64,000 bases of DNA from an uncultured Chloroflexia bacterium (GCA_963766735.1 CAVYBU010000007.1:320001-384000), one strand, 5' to 3'. Shown: positions 43,290-53,347, counted from the stretch's first letter. A program made the numbers and translations. The notes: generated from the sequence alone by a model not told the origin.

Positions 43290-44212
43290 CGGTCCACCTC
43301 CAGGTCGATGCCCGCCGTCGCACCCGGCTCGGCCGATTCGTCCGTCGGAAGCCCCGCGCGCTCCGCGATCAGCCGGCGCCACTCTCGCACCACCAGCTCC
43401 GGGCGCTCGTCCCGCAGGAGCGGCAGCGCGATCCGCTGCCGCCGCACGTCGGCGAGGTCCACGTCCACGGTGAACAGCCCCTCCTCGAACATCGGGGCAC
43501 CGAAGACCAGCGCGCCGGTGGGGCCAATGATCTCGGATCCGCCCCAGAACGAGAGCGACTCCTCCACGCCCACCCGGTTGCAGAACACGACGAACGACGT
43601 CGTCAGCTGCGCGTAGGCCCGCATCAGCGTCCGCCACGACGTCGCGGTCCCCAGGCCCACCTCGTTGCTCATCGCCAGGTCGCTGCCCGGCGATGACGAC
43701 ACGTTGACCAGGATCTGCGCGCCGTCGAGGGCCAGCAGCTGAGGCGTGGAAACGTGCCAGAAGTCCTCGCACACTCCCAGGCCCACACCGACGCCCAGCC
43801 GCGAGGGCACCGCGCGCATCATGCCGCCGGGGGCGAAGAACCGCCGCTCGTCGAACATGCCGTAGGTGGGCAGGTAGGTCTTGCGGTGGACGTGCCGCAG
43901 CTCGCCGTCCTCGAACAGCGCGGCGGCGATGAACAGCCGGTGGTCCGCGGACTCCTCCACGAACGACACGACCGCGGACAGCCCGGTCGTCGCAGCGGCG
44001 AGGCCCGCCAGCCGCGGGTCATCCAGGCGCATCGCGACCTCGGAGGCCAGGTCCTGGAGCAGGTACCCGGTCAGCCCCAGCTCGGGGAACACGACCAGGC
44101 CGGCTCCCGCCTCGCGCGCCTCGGCGAGCAGCTCCTGATGGCGCGCGAGGTTGACCTCGACGTCCCCGAGGCGTGGCGCGGTCTGGGCGAGGGCGATGCG
44201 GAGCGGTTGCAC
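43286..44212 (-). CDS. Nitrilase-fold amidohydrolase, probable glutaminase subunit of NAD synthetase
   Basis: FPEL, RKTYLPTYGMFDERRFF and VCEDFW (E-K-C triad); ATGA overlap with nadE. Start is GTG 44212 or ATG 44218. Confidence 0.88.
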   Translation of the reverse strand: MQPLRIALAQTAPRLGDVEVNLARHQELLAEAREAGAGLVVFPELGLTGYLLQDLASEVAMRLDDPRLAGLAAATTGLSAVVSFVEESADHRLFIAAALFEDGELRHVHRKTYLPTYGMFDERRFFAPGGMMRAVPSRLGVGVGLGVCEDFWHVSTPQLLALDGAQILVNVSSSPGSDLAMSNEVGLGTATSWRTLMRAYAQLTTSFVVFCNRVGVEESLSFWGGSEIIGPTGALVFGAPMFEEGLFTVDVDLADVRRQRIALPLLRDERPELVVREWRRLIAERAGLPTDESAEPGATAGIDLEVDR

Positions 44213-44341
44213 GCCCATGAGTCTAGGGCTCGTCCGACGCGGACGCCGTCCGGCGCGGCGCACGCCTTGATCATCGACAGGCGCTGGCCCCGGCCGTGGG
44301 TCGCCCGGCCCGGACCCCGGCGCTGGGATAGGCTCTTCCCG

Positions 44342-46045
44342 ATGTTCTTGTCCTCCCGAGTCCTCGCCGTCCTGATGATCGCGGCACTCTCCGCCGGCGG
44401 CTGCGGACCTGGCCCCACCGTCACGGAGACACCCGCGAGCAGCGGGCCGGCTGCGTCCGCAGCCGCCACGCCCGCACCCACGGAGGTCTCCTTCTCACCC
44501 GCCGCATGGCCGGACGCCGGGTCAGCCTGCGAGGACCCGGGGTACGGCGGGAGACTCGGCCGGGTCGAGGCGCTCGACGCGCTGACGGTGCGCTTCACGC
44601 TGTGCTCGCCCGACGGGGCGTTCCGCACGCGGCTCGCCCACCCGTCGCTGGCCATCGTGGACGCCACGACCATCGCCCGCCTCGCCGCCGATGGGAACGC
44701 CGGACGGACCGTGGCCGGCACGGGCCCCTACCGGGTCGTGGCGTGGCACCAGGGCAATGTCGAGCTGGGTCTGGCCTCACCTGGAACGGGCGGGGATCTC
44801 CTCGAGACGGTGGTGATCGGGTGGGAGGCGGACGCCGCAACCCGCGCCGTGTCCGTCCTCGGCGCGACCGTCGACGGGATCGATCGACCCGACGCTGCCG
44901 TGGCGGAGGCGATGACCACCCAACCCGAGGTCGCCGTGTTTCCCCGTCCGAACCTGGCCACGGCCTACCTCGGTTTCGGGTCCGGGGCCGCATTCGAGGC
45001 AGTCCCCGTGCGCCGCGCGATCGCAATGGGTCTCGACGCCGACGCCCTCGCGGCGTCCTTCGGCGCCGGCTCGATCCCCGCGAGGGCCACCGCTCCTTGC
45101 TCGGTCGCCGGCGGCTGCGCGGGTGACGCCTGGTGGACCTTCGATGCGCCGGCCGCCACCGCCGCGCTTGCCGCCGCCAGCTTCGACCTCAAGACCGTCT
45201 ACCCGCTCATGGTCCCCGATGCGCCCATGCCCGGGCTGCCAGACCCCACCGCGGCGGCCGCGGAGGTCCAGGCCCAGCTGCAGGCGAACCTCGGGCTCCT
45301 GGTCGAACCGGCGGTCGTCCCAGCCGCCACGTTTGCCGCCGATCTCGCCGGCAGCCGCATCGAGGGCCTCTACCTGGCGGGAGTCTCCTCCTCGCTCGCG
45401 GATGCCTCGGGGTTCCTCGAGCCGCTCTTTGGTCGGTCCGTTGCCACGACCGCCGCGGGGCGCGCGACGGGTGTCGCGGATGCGCTCGAGAGGCTCGCCC
45501 GTACTACCGGGACGGCGGCCCGCGCTGCCGTCCTGGCCGACGCCAACGACGCGGTTCGCGAGACCGTCCCGATCTCGCCGCTCGTCCACCCGGGCTCCGT
45601 AGCCGCCTACCGGTCTGACGTGACCGGGATCGCCGTCTCACCGCTCGGCCTGGACGCCCTCGGCTCGTTCGTGCCGGGCGACCGTCACCAGCTCGTCTAT
45701 CTCGGGGCGACGGAGCCCGTCAGCGCCTGGTGTGGAAACCAGGCCACCCTCGATGCCTTCCGCGTGTGCGGCCTCGTGACCGAGGGGCTGTACTCGTTCA
45801 CGCCTGGAACCCTGGACCCGGAGCCCAGCCTGGCGGTCCGTTGCACCCCAAGTGCCAGCGCGACGACCTGGACGTGCCCGCTGCGGAAGGGTGTCACCTT
45901 CGAGGACGGCATGCGCCTCGACGCCGGCGATGTGCTGGCGTCGTTCGTCGCCCAGTGGGATGAGGAGAGCCCGTTGAGGACGGCGGGTCCGGCGGGGGCT
46001 TTCGCGAGCTGGGATTCGCTGTTCGGTGCGCCGGCCGGCGAGTAG
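44342..46045 (+). CDS. Family-5 ABC substrate-binding lipoprotein, circularly permuted
   Basis: Lipoprotein signal (SAGGC); VEALDALTVRFTL and GTGPY near the N-terminus; LRKGVTFEDG...DAGDV near the C-terminus. Confidence 0.8.
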   Translation: MFLSSRVLAVLMIAALSAGGCGPGPTVTETPASSGPAASAAATPAPTEVSFSPAAWPDAGSACEDPGYGGRLGRVEALDALTVRFTLCSPDGAFRTRLAHPSLAIVDATTIARLAADGNAGRTVAGTGPYRVVAWHQGNVELGLASPGTGGDLLETVVIGWEADAATRAVSVLGATVDGIDRPDAAVAEAMTTQPEVAVFPRPNLATAYLGFGSGAAFEAVPVRRAIAMGLDADALAASFGAGSIPARATAPCSVAGGCAGDAWWTFDAPAATAALAAASFDLKTVYPLMVPDAPMPGLPDPTAAAAEVQAQLQANLGLLVEPAVVPAATFAADLAGSRIEGLYLAGVSSSLADASGFLEPLFGRSVATTAAGRATGVADALERLARTTGTAARAAVLADANDAVRETVPISPLVHPGSVAAYRSDVTGIAVSPLGLDALGSFVPGDRHQLVYLGATEPVSAWCGNQATLDAFRVCGLVTEGLYSFTPGTLDPEPSLAVRCTPSASATTWTCPLRKGVTFEDGMRLDAGDVLASFVAQWDEESPLRTAGPAGAFASWDSLFGAPAGE

Positions 46046-46130
46046 CACCCGCTCCACCGCGACTCACCACGCTGCGCGCGCCCGGTCCGCGAGCGCGCCG
46101 GCAACCCGGCGCGCGAGGCGTGACCAGGGC

Positions 46131-47258
46131 TCAACCCCGGGCGAACCAGTCCTCGGCGTTCCACGTGGAACCGGCCTCGGTTCCGTTGGCGAAGAAGTTG
46201 CCGATGCGCGGACCCGCGAGCTCCACGTTCCGGCGGAGCTCGTACCCGAGGGCAGCGGCGGCGACCACCTGGTCGCCGAGGTCCTGCACCTTCGGGATGT
46301 CCGCGTCCTGGAGGTCAAACGCGATGTCGATCTGGCCGGCGCGGAAGCCCGCGATCATGGATTCGACATCCTCGTACCACTTGAAGTTGACCTTGTCGAG
46401 GTTCGCGGCGAGGCCGGTGCGTGGGTTGACGTAGCTGTCGTTGCGTGCGAGGCGAAGGTCGGACCCCGGCGCGACGGAGACGTACCTGAACGGCCCGCTG
46501 ACGGGCATCGTGGCAACCTCGTCCGGTCGGAACCCGGCGCCTTTGACCTGGTCGGCTATCGGGATGGGGGCCAGGGCGTGGCGGGGCAGCGGCGCCTTCA
46601 TCAGGGTCAGGTACCCCTCATAGACCCTCCCGAAGTGCCAGATCATGTCCGTGGCGGACGCGCACTCGACGTCGGTGATGTCCTCGAAGCCGGCCGTGCT
46701 CGCGGCGTTGCCCTCGGTCATGACCCACTCCCACGCATACCTGAAGTCGTCGCAGGTGAGGGGGTGGCCGTCGGACCAGGAGAGCCCGCCCCGGAGCTTC
46801 CAGTTGACCGTCATGGCATCGTCGCCGCGGCCGAGGCTGACACCGCCGTTGGCTGTCGTCGGGATCGGTTCGGCGGCGAGACGCGGGATGTACCTTGCGT
46901 CGCCGGTGACGGTCAGCAGGGAGTGCCACACGAGCGAGGCAACGTTGGCTTCCGTCGCTTTGGACAGGTAGTACGGGTTGAGCTGGGTGGCTTCCTGCCA
47001 GTCGCCGATGATGATCGAGCCGCCGGTTGCGGCCGCCGCGGGGGCGTAGGCGGTATCGAACAGATCTACGGCGGATGCGGACGTCGCCGATGGCGCCGGC
47101 GCCCCTGTTGCCGGGGAGGTCGTGGGCGCCGCGGTCGCCGGGAGCGTCGCAGGGGCAGGGGTGGTGGTGTCGCCGCCACAGGCCGCGACCAGGAAGGTCG
47201 CCCCTGCGAGCAGGCTCACCAGCGTCCGCGCGAGGACACCTCCGGGTTGCGTGAGCAC
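46131..47258 (-). CDS. Family-5 ABC substrate-binding lipoprotein, short form lacking an internal domain
   Basis: Lipobox LVAAC, LRGGLSWSDGHPLTCDD, SGPF and a C-terminal WNAEDW, in only ~375 aa. Confidence 0.75.
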   Translation of the reverse strand: MLTQPGGVLARTLVSLLAGATFLVAACGGDTTTPAPATLPATAAPTTSPATGAPAPSATSASAVDLFDTAYAPAAAATGGSIIIGDWQEATQLNPYYLSKATEANVASLVWHSLLTVTGDARYIPRLAAEPIPTTANGGVSLGRGDDAMTVNWKLRGGLSWSDGHPLTCDDFRYAWEWVMTEGNAASTAGFEDITDVECASATDMIWHFGRVYEGYLTLMKAPLPRHALAPIPIADQVKGAGFRPDEVATMPVSGPFRYVSVAPGSDLRLARNDSYVNPRTGLAANLDKVNFKWYEDVESMIAGFRAGQIDIAFDLQDADIPKVQDLGDQVVAAAALGYELRRNVELAGPRIGNFFANGTEAGSTWNAEDWFARG

Positions 47259-47262
47259 GGCG

Positions 47263-48330
47263 TCACGCTTCCTTGGTGACACCCTCGGACGCTGCAGCGG
47301 CGGTGCGAGCGGCGTGGGCCAGCTGCACCTCCGCGGGCGGGGTCAGAACCGGGAAGTGGCACGCGATCTTGTGGCCCGGCGCCGCCTCCACCAGCTGTGG
47401 CACCTCGACCCGACAGCGCTCCTGCGCCTGGAAGCAGCGGGTGTTGAAGACGCAGCCGCTCGGGGGGTTGATCGGGCTCGGGAGATCGCCCTCGAGCGGG
47501 ATCCGGTAGCGCGCTCGCTGACGCTCGGGGTCCGGGATCGGCACGGCCGACAGCAGTGAATGCGTATACGGGTGGAGGGGCGCCGAGTAGATGACCTTGC
47601 GAGGCGCGCTCTCCATGATGTGCCCGAGGTACATGACCGCGACCCGCTCGGAGATCTGCCGCACGACGGCGAGGTCGTGGGCGATGAACAGGTAGGCGAT
47701 ACCGAACTCTTCCTGCAGGTCCCGAAGCAGGTTGAGGATCTGGGCCTGGATCGAGACGTCGAGGGCGGAGACCGGCTCATCACAGACGATGAGCTTCGGC
47801 TTGAGGGCGACCGCCCGGGCGATCCCGATCCGCTGGCGCTGACCCCCGGAGAACTCGTTCGGGTAGCGGTTGTAGTGCTCGGGGTTCAGGCCGACACGCT
47901 CCATCAGGTCCTGCGTCGTGCGCCGGACCCCGCCGGGCGGTTCCACCCCCTGGATCCTAAACGGCGCCTCGATGATCTTCCCGATCGTATGACGGGGGTT
48001 CAGGGCGTTGTAGGGATCCTGGAAGATGATCTGCGCCTTCCGCCGGATCGGGACGAGCGTCTTGGTCGAGAGGTTCGTGATGTCCTGCCCGTCGAGCTCG
48101 ATTGTCCCGCTCGTCGGGCGGAGCAGCCGCAGGATCGTCCGGCCGGCGGTCGTCTTGCCGCAACCGCTCTCGCCGACAAGGCCGAGCGTCTCGCCCGCAT
48201 CGAGCGAGAGGCTGATGCCGTCGACAGCCTTCACGTGGCCGACGACCCGCGGGAAGACGCCCCGCGACCGCACCGGGAAGTACTGGCGCAGGTCGGTGAC
48301 CCTGAGGACCTCCTTCTGCTGACCGGTCAT
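47263..48330 (-). CDS. Peptide ABC transporter ATP-binding protein (OppF/DppF type)
   Basis: GESGCGKT, FSGGQRQR, CDEPVSALD and HPYT motifs; C-terminal Cys motif. Confidence 0.93.
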   Translation of the reverse strand: MTGQQKEVLRVTDLRQYFPVRSRGVFPRVVGHVKAVDGISLSLDAGETLGLVGESGCGKTTAGRTILRLLRPTSGTIELDGQDITNLSTKTLVPIRRKAQIIFQDPYNALNPRHTIGKIIEAPFRIQGVEPPGGVRRTTQDLMERVGLNPEHYNRYPNEFSGGQRQRIGIARAVALKPKLIVCDEPVSALDVSIQAQILNLLRDLQEEFGIAYLFIAHDLAVVRQISERVAVMYLGHIMESAPRKVIYSAPLHPYTHSLLSAVPIPDPERQRARYRIPLEGDLPSPINPPSGCVFNTRCFQAQERCRVEVPQLVEAAPGHKIACHFPVLTPPAEVQLAHAARTAAAASEGVTKEA

Positions 48331-49385
48331 GCCGGATCTCCGGCAAGGGCGGCGAGCACCTCGGCCGCGATGCGCCCTCGCTCGGCCCGCGGCAGATGGC
48401 AGCGGACGAGGTGATCGGGCTCGGTCAGGATGAGATCGGGGTTGACGCTCAGGCAGGCGCCGTCGGTGACGCGATCCGAGTACGTGCAGCGCGGCTGGAA
48501 GACGCAGCCCGGCGGCAGGTTGACTGCGGACGGCGGATTGCCGGGGATGGGGTCCAGCCGGTCGGCGCGCTCGCGGTCCATGCGGGGGACCGAGGTCAGC
48601 AGCCCAAGCGTGTAGGGCATCTCGGGGGCGTAGTAGATGCGCTCAGTTGGGCCGGCCTCGACCACGCGCCCGCCGTACATCACCACCACGTCGTCGGCGA
48701 TGTCGGCGACGATCCCGAGGTCGTGGGTGATCAGGACGACCGCGGTATCGAACTCGACCTGCAGGGTCGCGATCAGCTCGAGGATCTGCGCCTGCACGGT
48801 CACGTCGAGCGCCGTCGTGGACTCGTCCGCGATCAGGAGAGCCGGGGAGTTGATCAACGCCATCGCGATCATCACCCGCTGGCGCATGCCGCCGGAGAGC
48901 TGGTGGGGGTACTCGTCGACCCGCCGCTCGGGCGAAGGGATGCCGACGCGACGCAGCATCTCGATGGCCAGGGCGCGAGCCTCAGACTTTGAGATCTTCT
49001 GGTGGACGAGCGCCGCCTCGGTGAGCTGGGCACCAATCCGGTAGAACGGGTGCAGGCTCGACATCGGATCCTGGAAGATCATCGCCATCTTCGAGCCGCG
49101 CAGACCGCGAAGCTCCTCGTCGGGCATCGTGATGAGCTCCTCGCCGTCGAGCCACACCTCGCCGGAGACGCTCGCCGAGCCGCGATCGATGAGGCCCATG
49201 ATGGCCTGCGCGGTGACGCTCTTGCCGGAACCCGACTCCCCGACGATGGCGATCGTCCTCCCGCGCGCGACCGAGAAGGAGACGCCCTCGACCGCGTGGA
49301 CAATGCCGTCCTCGGTCGGGAACCGGACCACCAGGTCGGAGACGGAGAGATACGCCTCGGGGTTCGACCCCACGTCCTGCCTCAT
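48327..49385 (-). CDS. Peptide ABC transporter ATP-binding protein (OppD/DppD type)
   Basis: GESGSGKS, LSGGMRQR, IADESTTALD and ITHDL motifs. Confidence 0.93.
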   Translation of the reverse strand: MRQDVGSNPEAYLSVSDLVVRFPTEDGIVHAVEGVSFSVARGRTIAIVGESGSGKSVTAQAIMGLIDRGSASVSGEVWLDGEELITMPDEELRGLRGSKMAMIFQDPMSSLHPFYRIGAQLTEAALVHQKISKSEARALAIEMLRRVGIPSPERRVDEYPHQLSGGMRQRVMIAMALINSPALLIADESTTALDVTVQAQILELIATLQVEFDTAVVLITHDLGIVADIADDVVVMYGGRVVEAGPTERIYYAPEMPYTLGLLTSVPRMDRERADRLDPIPGNPPSAVNLPPGCVFQPRCTYSDRVTDGACLSVNPDLILTEPDHLVRCHLPRAERGRIAAEVLAALAGDPA

Positions 49386-50374
49386 GCGAGCCTGACCCTG
49401 GGATCGACGACCGCGTACAGCAGGTCGACCACCAGGTTCGCGACGATGAGGAGGGTCGCCGTCAGGAGCGTGATCCCGGCGATCACCGGGAGGTCCGAAT
49501 CGAGGATCGACCTGATGGCAAGTGAGCCGAGCCCGGGAAGGCTGAAGATGTTCTCCGAGATGATCGCGCCACCAAGCAGGTAGGCGAGGTCCAGGCCGGC
49601 CGCCGTGACGATCGGGGTCAACCCGGCCCGAAGGGCGTGGTGGACCACCACCGTGCGCTTCGGCAGGCCCTTCGCACGGGCAGTCCGCACGTAGTCCTCG
49701 CCCAGGGTTTCGAGCACCTGGTTGCGCGTGAGGCGCATGTAGAACGCCGCGTTCAGGATCGCCAGGACCATCCACGGCAGGATCATCGTCTGCAGGAATC
49801 GGACCGGATCCTCGAACGGCGATACGTACACGGGATACGGCAGCAGGCCCCATTTGAGGATCACGAAGAAGATCATCACGAGGCCGAAGAAGAACGAGGG
49901 CAGCGAGTAGCCCACCAGCGAGATCGTCATCACCAGCCGATCCAGCCATCTGCCGCGGTTGAGGGCGGCAACGATCCCCAGGGATATGCCGATGGTGATC
50001 CAGATGATGAACGCCCCGATCGCGAGCCAGAAGGTGACCGGCGCGGCCTGCGTGATCAGCGTCAGCACCTCCTCGCCGCGGTTGAACGAGTAGCCGAGGC
50101 ACGGCGCCTCGCACACGATCGGCTCGGGCGACTCCGGGGAGAAGGTGCGCCCGAAGAAGAGCCCCGACACGAACTTCGTGTACTGGGTCAGGGGCGGTTC
50201 ATCCAGGCCGAGGCGATGGCGGTTCGCCTCGATGATCGTGGGCGTGCACGCCTTGCCGCACGTCAGGCGCGCCGGATCGCCCGGCAGGATGTTGAACAGG
50301 AAGAAGACCGTGAGGGTCAGGAGGAACAGGAGCACGAACATCGAGATAACGCGGCGAACGAGATATCCCGCCAC
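49382..50374 (-). CDS. Peptide ABC transporter permease (OppB/DppB type)
   Basis: LPGDPA, EDYVRTARAKGL, HALR and ENIFSLPGLG motifs. Confidence 0.93.
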   Translation of the reverse strand: MAGYLVRRVISMFVLLFLLTLTVFFLFNILPGDPARLTCGKACTPTIIEANRHRLGLDEPPLTQYTKFVSGLFFGRTFSPESPEPIVCEAPCLGYSFNRGEEVLTLITQAAPVTFWLAIGAFIIWITIGISLGIVAALNRGRWLDRLVMTISLVGYSLPSFFFGLVMIFFVILKWGLLPYPVYVSPFEDPVRFLQTMILPWMVLAILNAAFYMRLTRNQVLETLGEDYVRTARAKGLPKRTVVVHHALRAGLTPIVTAAGLDLAYLLGGAIISENIFSLPGLGSLAIRSILDSDLPVIAGITLLTATLLIVANLVVDLLYAVVDPRVRLA

Positions 50375-50401
50375 TCAGATGTCCCTCCTTCGTGCAAGTA
50401 A

Positions 50402-50438
50402 CGTCCCCGGGGAGCGGCGTGGCCGCTCCCCGGGGACG
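50402..50438. terminator. Perfect 17-bp hairpin between the binding-protein and permease genes
   Basis: CGTCCCCGGGGAGCGGC-GTG-GCCGCTCCCCGGGGACG. Confidence 0.7.
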
Positions 50439-50463
50439 ATGGATGCTCTACTGGCTCTTGGAC

Positions 50464-52287
50464 CTACTGCTTGATGTAGATGTCGCCGTACGGATTGGAT
50501 CCGTAGGGGCCCCACATGTAGTAGCCGCCATCGGGTCCGGCGGTGGTCGCAAGCTTGGTGCCCATGAGGATCTGCTGGAGCCCGAAGAAGCTCGGGATGA
50601 CCCAGACGTTCTCCATGGTCTTGGTGTTGAGCGCCTGCCACATGGTCGCCTGCTTGGCGCGGTCGACCTCGACCTGCGCGGCCTTGACCTCTGCGTTGAA
50701 GGCGGCGTCGTCCACCTGGGACAGGTCCCAGCCACCCTCCTGGGTGAACAGCGGCGGGATGACCGTCGAGGCGTTCGGCCAGTCAGGACCCCAGCCGCCG
50801 GTGCCGAAGTCGCCGGACTGGTCGGGATTGAAGACGACGCTGTAGTACTTGCCACGCTCGATCGGGTTCGGCGTGACGGTGATCCCGGCCTTGCCAAGCG
50901 AGTCGACGATGATCGCCGCTGCCTTGTCGCCAACCGGGGTCTGCGCGTAGTCGTACTGGAGCTTGAGATCGGACTTGCCCGCCTCGGCGAGCAGCTGCTT
51001 CGCGTACTCCGGATCGCCGGTGTCCGGGATCGCCTTGCCGAGCAGGGTCTCCCACATGCCCGTCGGAGCGTAGTCCTGGCCGATGTTCGGCTTGACGGTG
51101 CCGTCGGCGTAGTCGCCGTAGAAGTCACCGCCCGCGTTCTTGCGGAGCGCGCTGCGGTCGAGGGCGACCGCCATGGCCTGGCGGACCTTGAGGTCCGGGA
51201 CCTTCTGGACGTTGATGAAGTAGTACCGGGAATAGATGTCGTAACCGCTGACAGCGCGGCCCTGGAAAGCGGGGAGCACCGTCGCGGGATCCGAGAAGAC
51301 CGTCGCGAGGTTCTCGGGCAGCATGGTGCCGTACATCAGCGCCGTCTCGTCGTTGCCCGAGCTCTGGATCATCCGCTGATCCCTGATCTCGTCGGCGACG
51401 CCGAAGTTGACTTCCCACTTGTCGGGATACGGCGTGCGGTAGGTGTCGCTGGCCGGGTCCCAGTTCTCGTTGCGAACGAGGACCATCTTGCCGCCGTTGC
51501 CGGTGGTGTAGCTCTCGATCTTGTAGGGACCCGACGAGACGGGCTTCTTGTCGTAGGACTCGCCCGTGTCGGCGGCCTTCGGCACCGGCACGAAGCCGAG
51601 CGTGACGGTGTAGTTGAAGTCGGCGATCGGCTGCTTCAGGTTGAAGGTGATCGTCTTGCCGTCGGCGGAGCAGGTGACCGCCTTGTCGAAGAGGTCCTGC
51701 CCGACGCCCGTGTAGGGCCCCTTGTAGGACGAGCTGCCGTCCTCGTCGGTCGGGATGTCGAGGTACGCGATCGCGTAGGTCGGACCCTCGCTGATGACAT
51801 CGGTCGCGAACGTGCGCGAGGTGCCGTAGGCGACATCCGCACAGGTGATCGGCGAGCCATCCTCGAAGCTGACGCCATCACGGAGCGTGAACTCCCATGT
51901 CTGGCCGCCGTTGCTCGGGGTCCCGAGATCGGTCGCGAGGTCCGGCACGAGCACCGATGCCTCGGCGTTGTCGGCCGAGTAGGTGTATGCCGTGAGCGAC
52001 CGGAAGATCGTGGCCGAGAACAGCGCCAGGTCTTCGCCGGTATAGGCGCGCTGCGGATCGACGCGGTTGAACTGCTCAGCCGAAGTGAGCAGATAGACCG
52101 TTCCACCGGGGGTCGGACCCGCGGGCGGGGCCTCGGTGGCCGGCGCGGCTGTCGCACCCGGCTCCGTTGAAGCGGCCGGTGTGGCCGGTGCATTGGTGGC
52201 GGTCGAGCCACCGCACGCCGCCACGGCCAGCGCGGCGACGACGCCCAGCGTCACGCCGCGCAGCCAGCGCGTTTCTGATCTGACCAT
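50464..52287 (-). CDS. Peptide ABC transporter substrate-binding lipoprotein (family 5, canonical order)
   Basis: Lipobox VAAC, DPQRAY, PDLATD, LRDGVSFEDG, SSGPY and VRQAM motifs; GGAGG SD; internal TACCAT box upstream. Confidence 0.93.
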   Translation of the reverse strand: MVRSETRWLRGVTLGVVAALAVAACGGSTATNAPATPAASTEPGATAAPATEAPPAGPTPGGTVYLLTSAEQFNRVDPQRAYTGEDLALFSATIFRSLTAYTYSADNAEASVLVPDLATDLGTPSNGGQTWEFTLRDGVSFEDGSPITCADVAYGTSRTFATDVISEGPTYAIAYLDIPTDEDGSSSYKGPYTGVGQDLFDKAVTCSADGKTITFNLKQPIADFNYTVTLGFVPVPKAADTGESYDKKPVSSGPYKIESYTTGNGGKMVLVRNENWDPASDTYRTPYPDKWEVNFGVADEIRDQRMIQSSGNDETALMYGTMLPENLATVFSDPATVLPAFQGRAVSGYDIYSRYYFINVQKVPDLKVRQAMAVALDRSALRKNAGGDFYGDYADGTVKPNIGQDYAPTGMWETLLGKAIPDTGDPEYAKQLLAEAGKSDLKLQYDYAQTPVGDKAAAIIVDSLGKAGITVTPNPIERGKYYSVVFNPDQSGDFGTGGWGPDWPNASTVIPPLFTQEGGWDLSQVDDAAFNAEVKAAQVEVDRAKQATMWQALNTKTMENVWVIPSFFGLQQILMGTKLATTAGPDGGYYMWGPYGSNPYGDIYIKQ

Positions 52288-52409
52288 CTAGTTACCTCCT
52301 CCAGGTTCTTGCCGGAACGATCCGGCCCAGTTGCATGATGGTACACGTGGGGAAAGGGCGCACGCGCCCGGGAGTCGCTGCCAGGCACGGCGGTGCGCCG
52401 GCGAGCGCT

Positions 52410-53339
52410 TCAGTGAACACTCTTCGGATCCATGGCATCCCGGAGCGAGTCGCCGAACAGGTTGAACGAGACAACGAGGATGACGAGAAGGCTGCCCGGG
52501 ATGAACAGGTACGTTGGGACGACGTTGAAGTACGCCACCGAGTTGGCGAGCATCGCGCCGAACGTCGTTTCCGGCGGGATCACGCCCACTCCCAGGAACG
52601 AGAGGGCAGCCTCCAGGCCGATGTACGCGGGCAGCGTCAGCGACGCATAGACCAGGATCGGCGCCCACAGGTTCGGAAGGATCTCGGTGAACAGGATCCG
52701 GCGCTTGCTCGACCCCATGGCGACCGCGGCCTCGACGAACTCGCGTTCGCGGAAGCTGAGCACCTGGCCCCGCACGATCCGCGCGAGGTAGGGCCAGCCG
52801 AAGATGCTGATCACGAGGATCAGGTAGAGGATCCGTGACGGGTTGCCTTCAGGCACCCCCAGCGCCGTCAGACGCTGCGTGAGGACCCCGGACAGGGCCA
52901 GGATGATGAGCAGCGTGGGGAACGCGAGCACCAGGTCCATCAGGCGGCCGATGATGTTGTCGGTCTTGCCACCGGTATAGCCGGCGACGATGCCGATGAC
53001 GGTCCCGAGCGTGACGGTGATGAACGTGGCGCTGGTCGCGATCACGAGGGAGATCCGCAGGCCGTACAGGAGCTGGGCGGCGATATCCCGACCGGTGCCC
53101 CACTCGACCCCCAGCGGGTGCGAAGGGGTGATACCGCCCCAGTCCCCGTTGGGGCGTCCACCCAGGTCGCTGATCGCACCCGGGTCAAAGCGGTAGGGGT
53201 CGATATTGACCAGGCCAGCGACGAACGGCCCGAACAGGGCGATCGCGTAGTACGCCACGAGGATCGTCAAAGCACCCATCGCGACGCGATCGCGCCGGAG
53301 ACGCGCCCAGACGATCTGGCGGAGGCTTCTACCAACCAT
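52410..53339 (-). CDS. Peptide ABC transporter permease (OppC/DppC type)
   Basis: HPLG..GRD, ARIVRGQVL, EFVEAA, ILPN, EAALSFLG and FNLFGDSLRD motifs. Confidence 0.93.
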   Translation of the reverse strand: MVGRSLRQIVWARLRRDRVAMGALTILVAYYAIALFGPFVAGLVNIDPYRFDPGAISDLGGRPNGDWGGITPSHPLGVEWGTGRDIAAQLLYGLRISLVIATSATFITVTLGTVIGIVAGYTGGKTDNIIGRLMDLVLAFPTLLIILALSGVLTQRLTALGVPEGNPSRILYLILVISIFGWPYLARIVRGQVLSFREREFVEAAVAMGSSKRRILFTEILPNLWAPILVYASLTLPAYIGLEAALSFLGVGVIPPETTFGAMLANSVAYFNVVPTYLFIPGSLLVILVVSFNLFGDSLRDAMDPKSVH

Positions 53340-53347
53340 CGCGCCGG

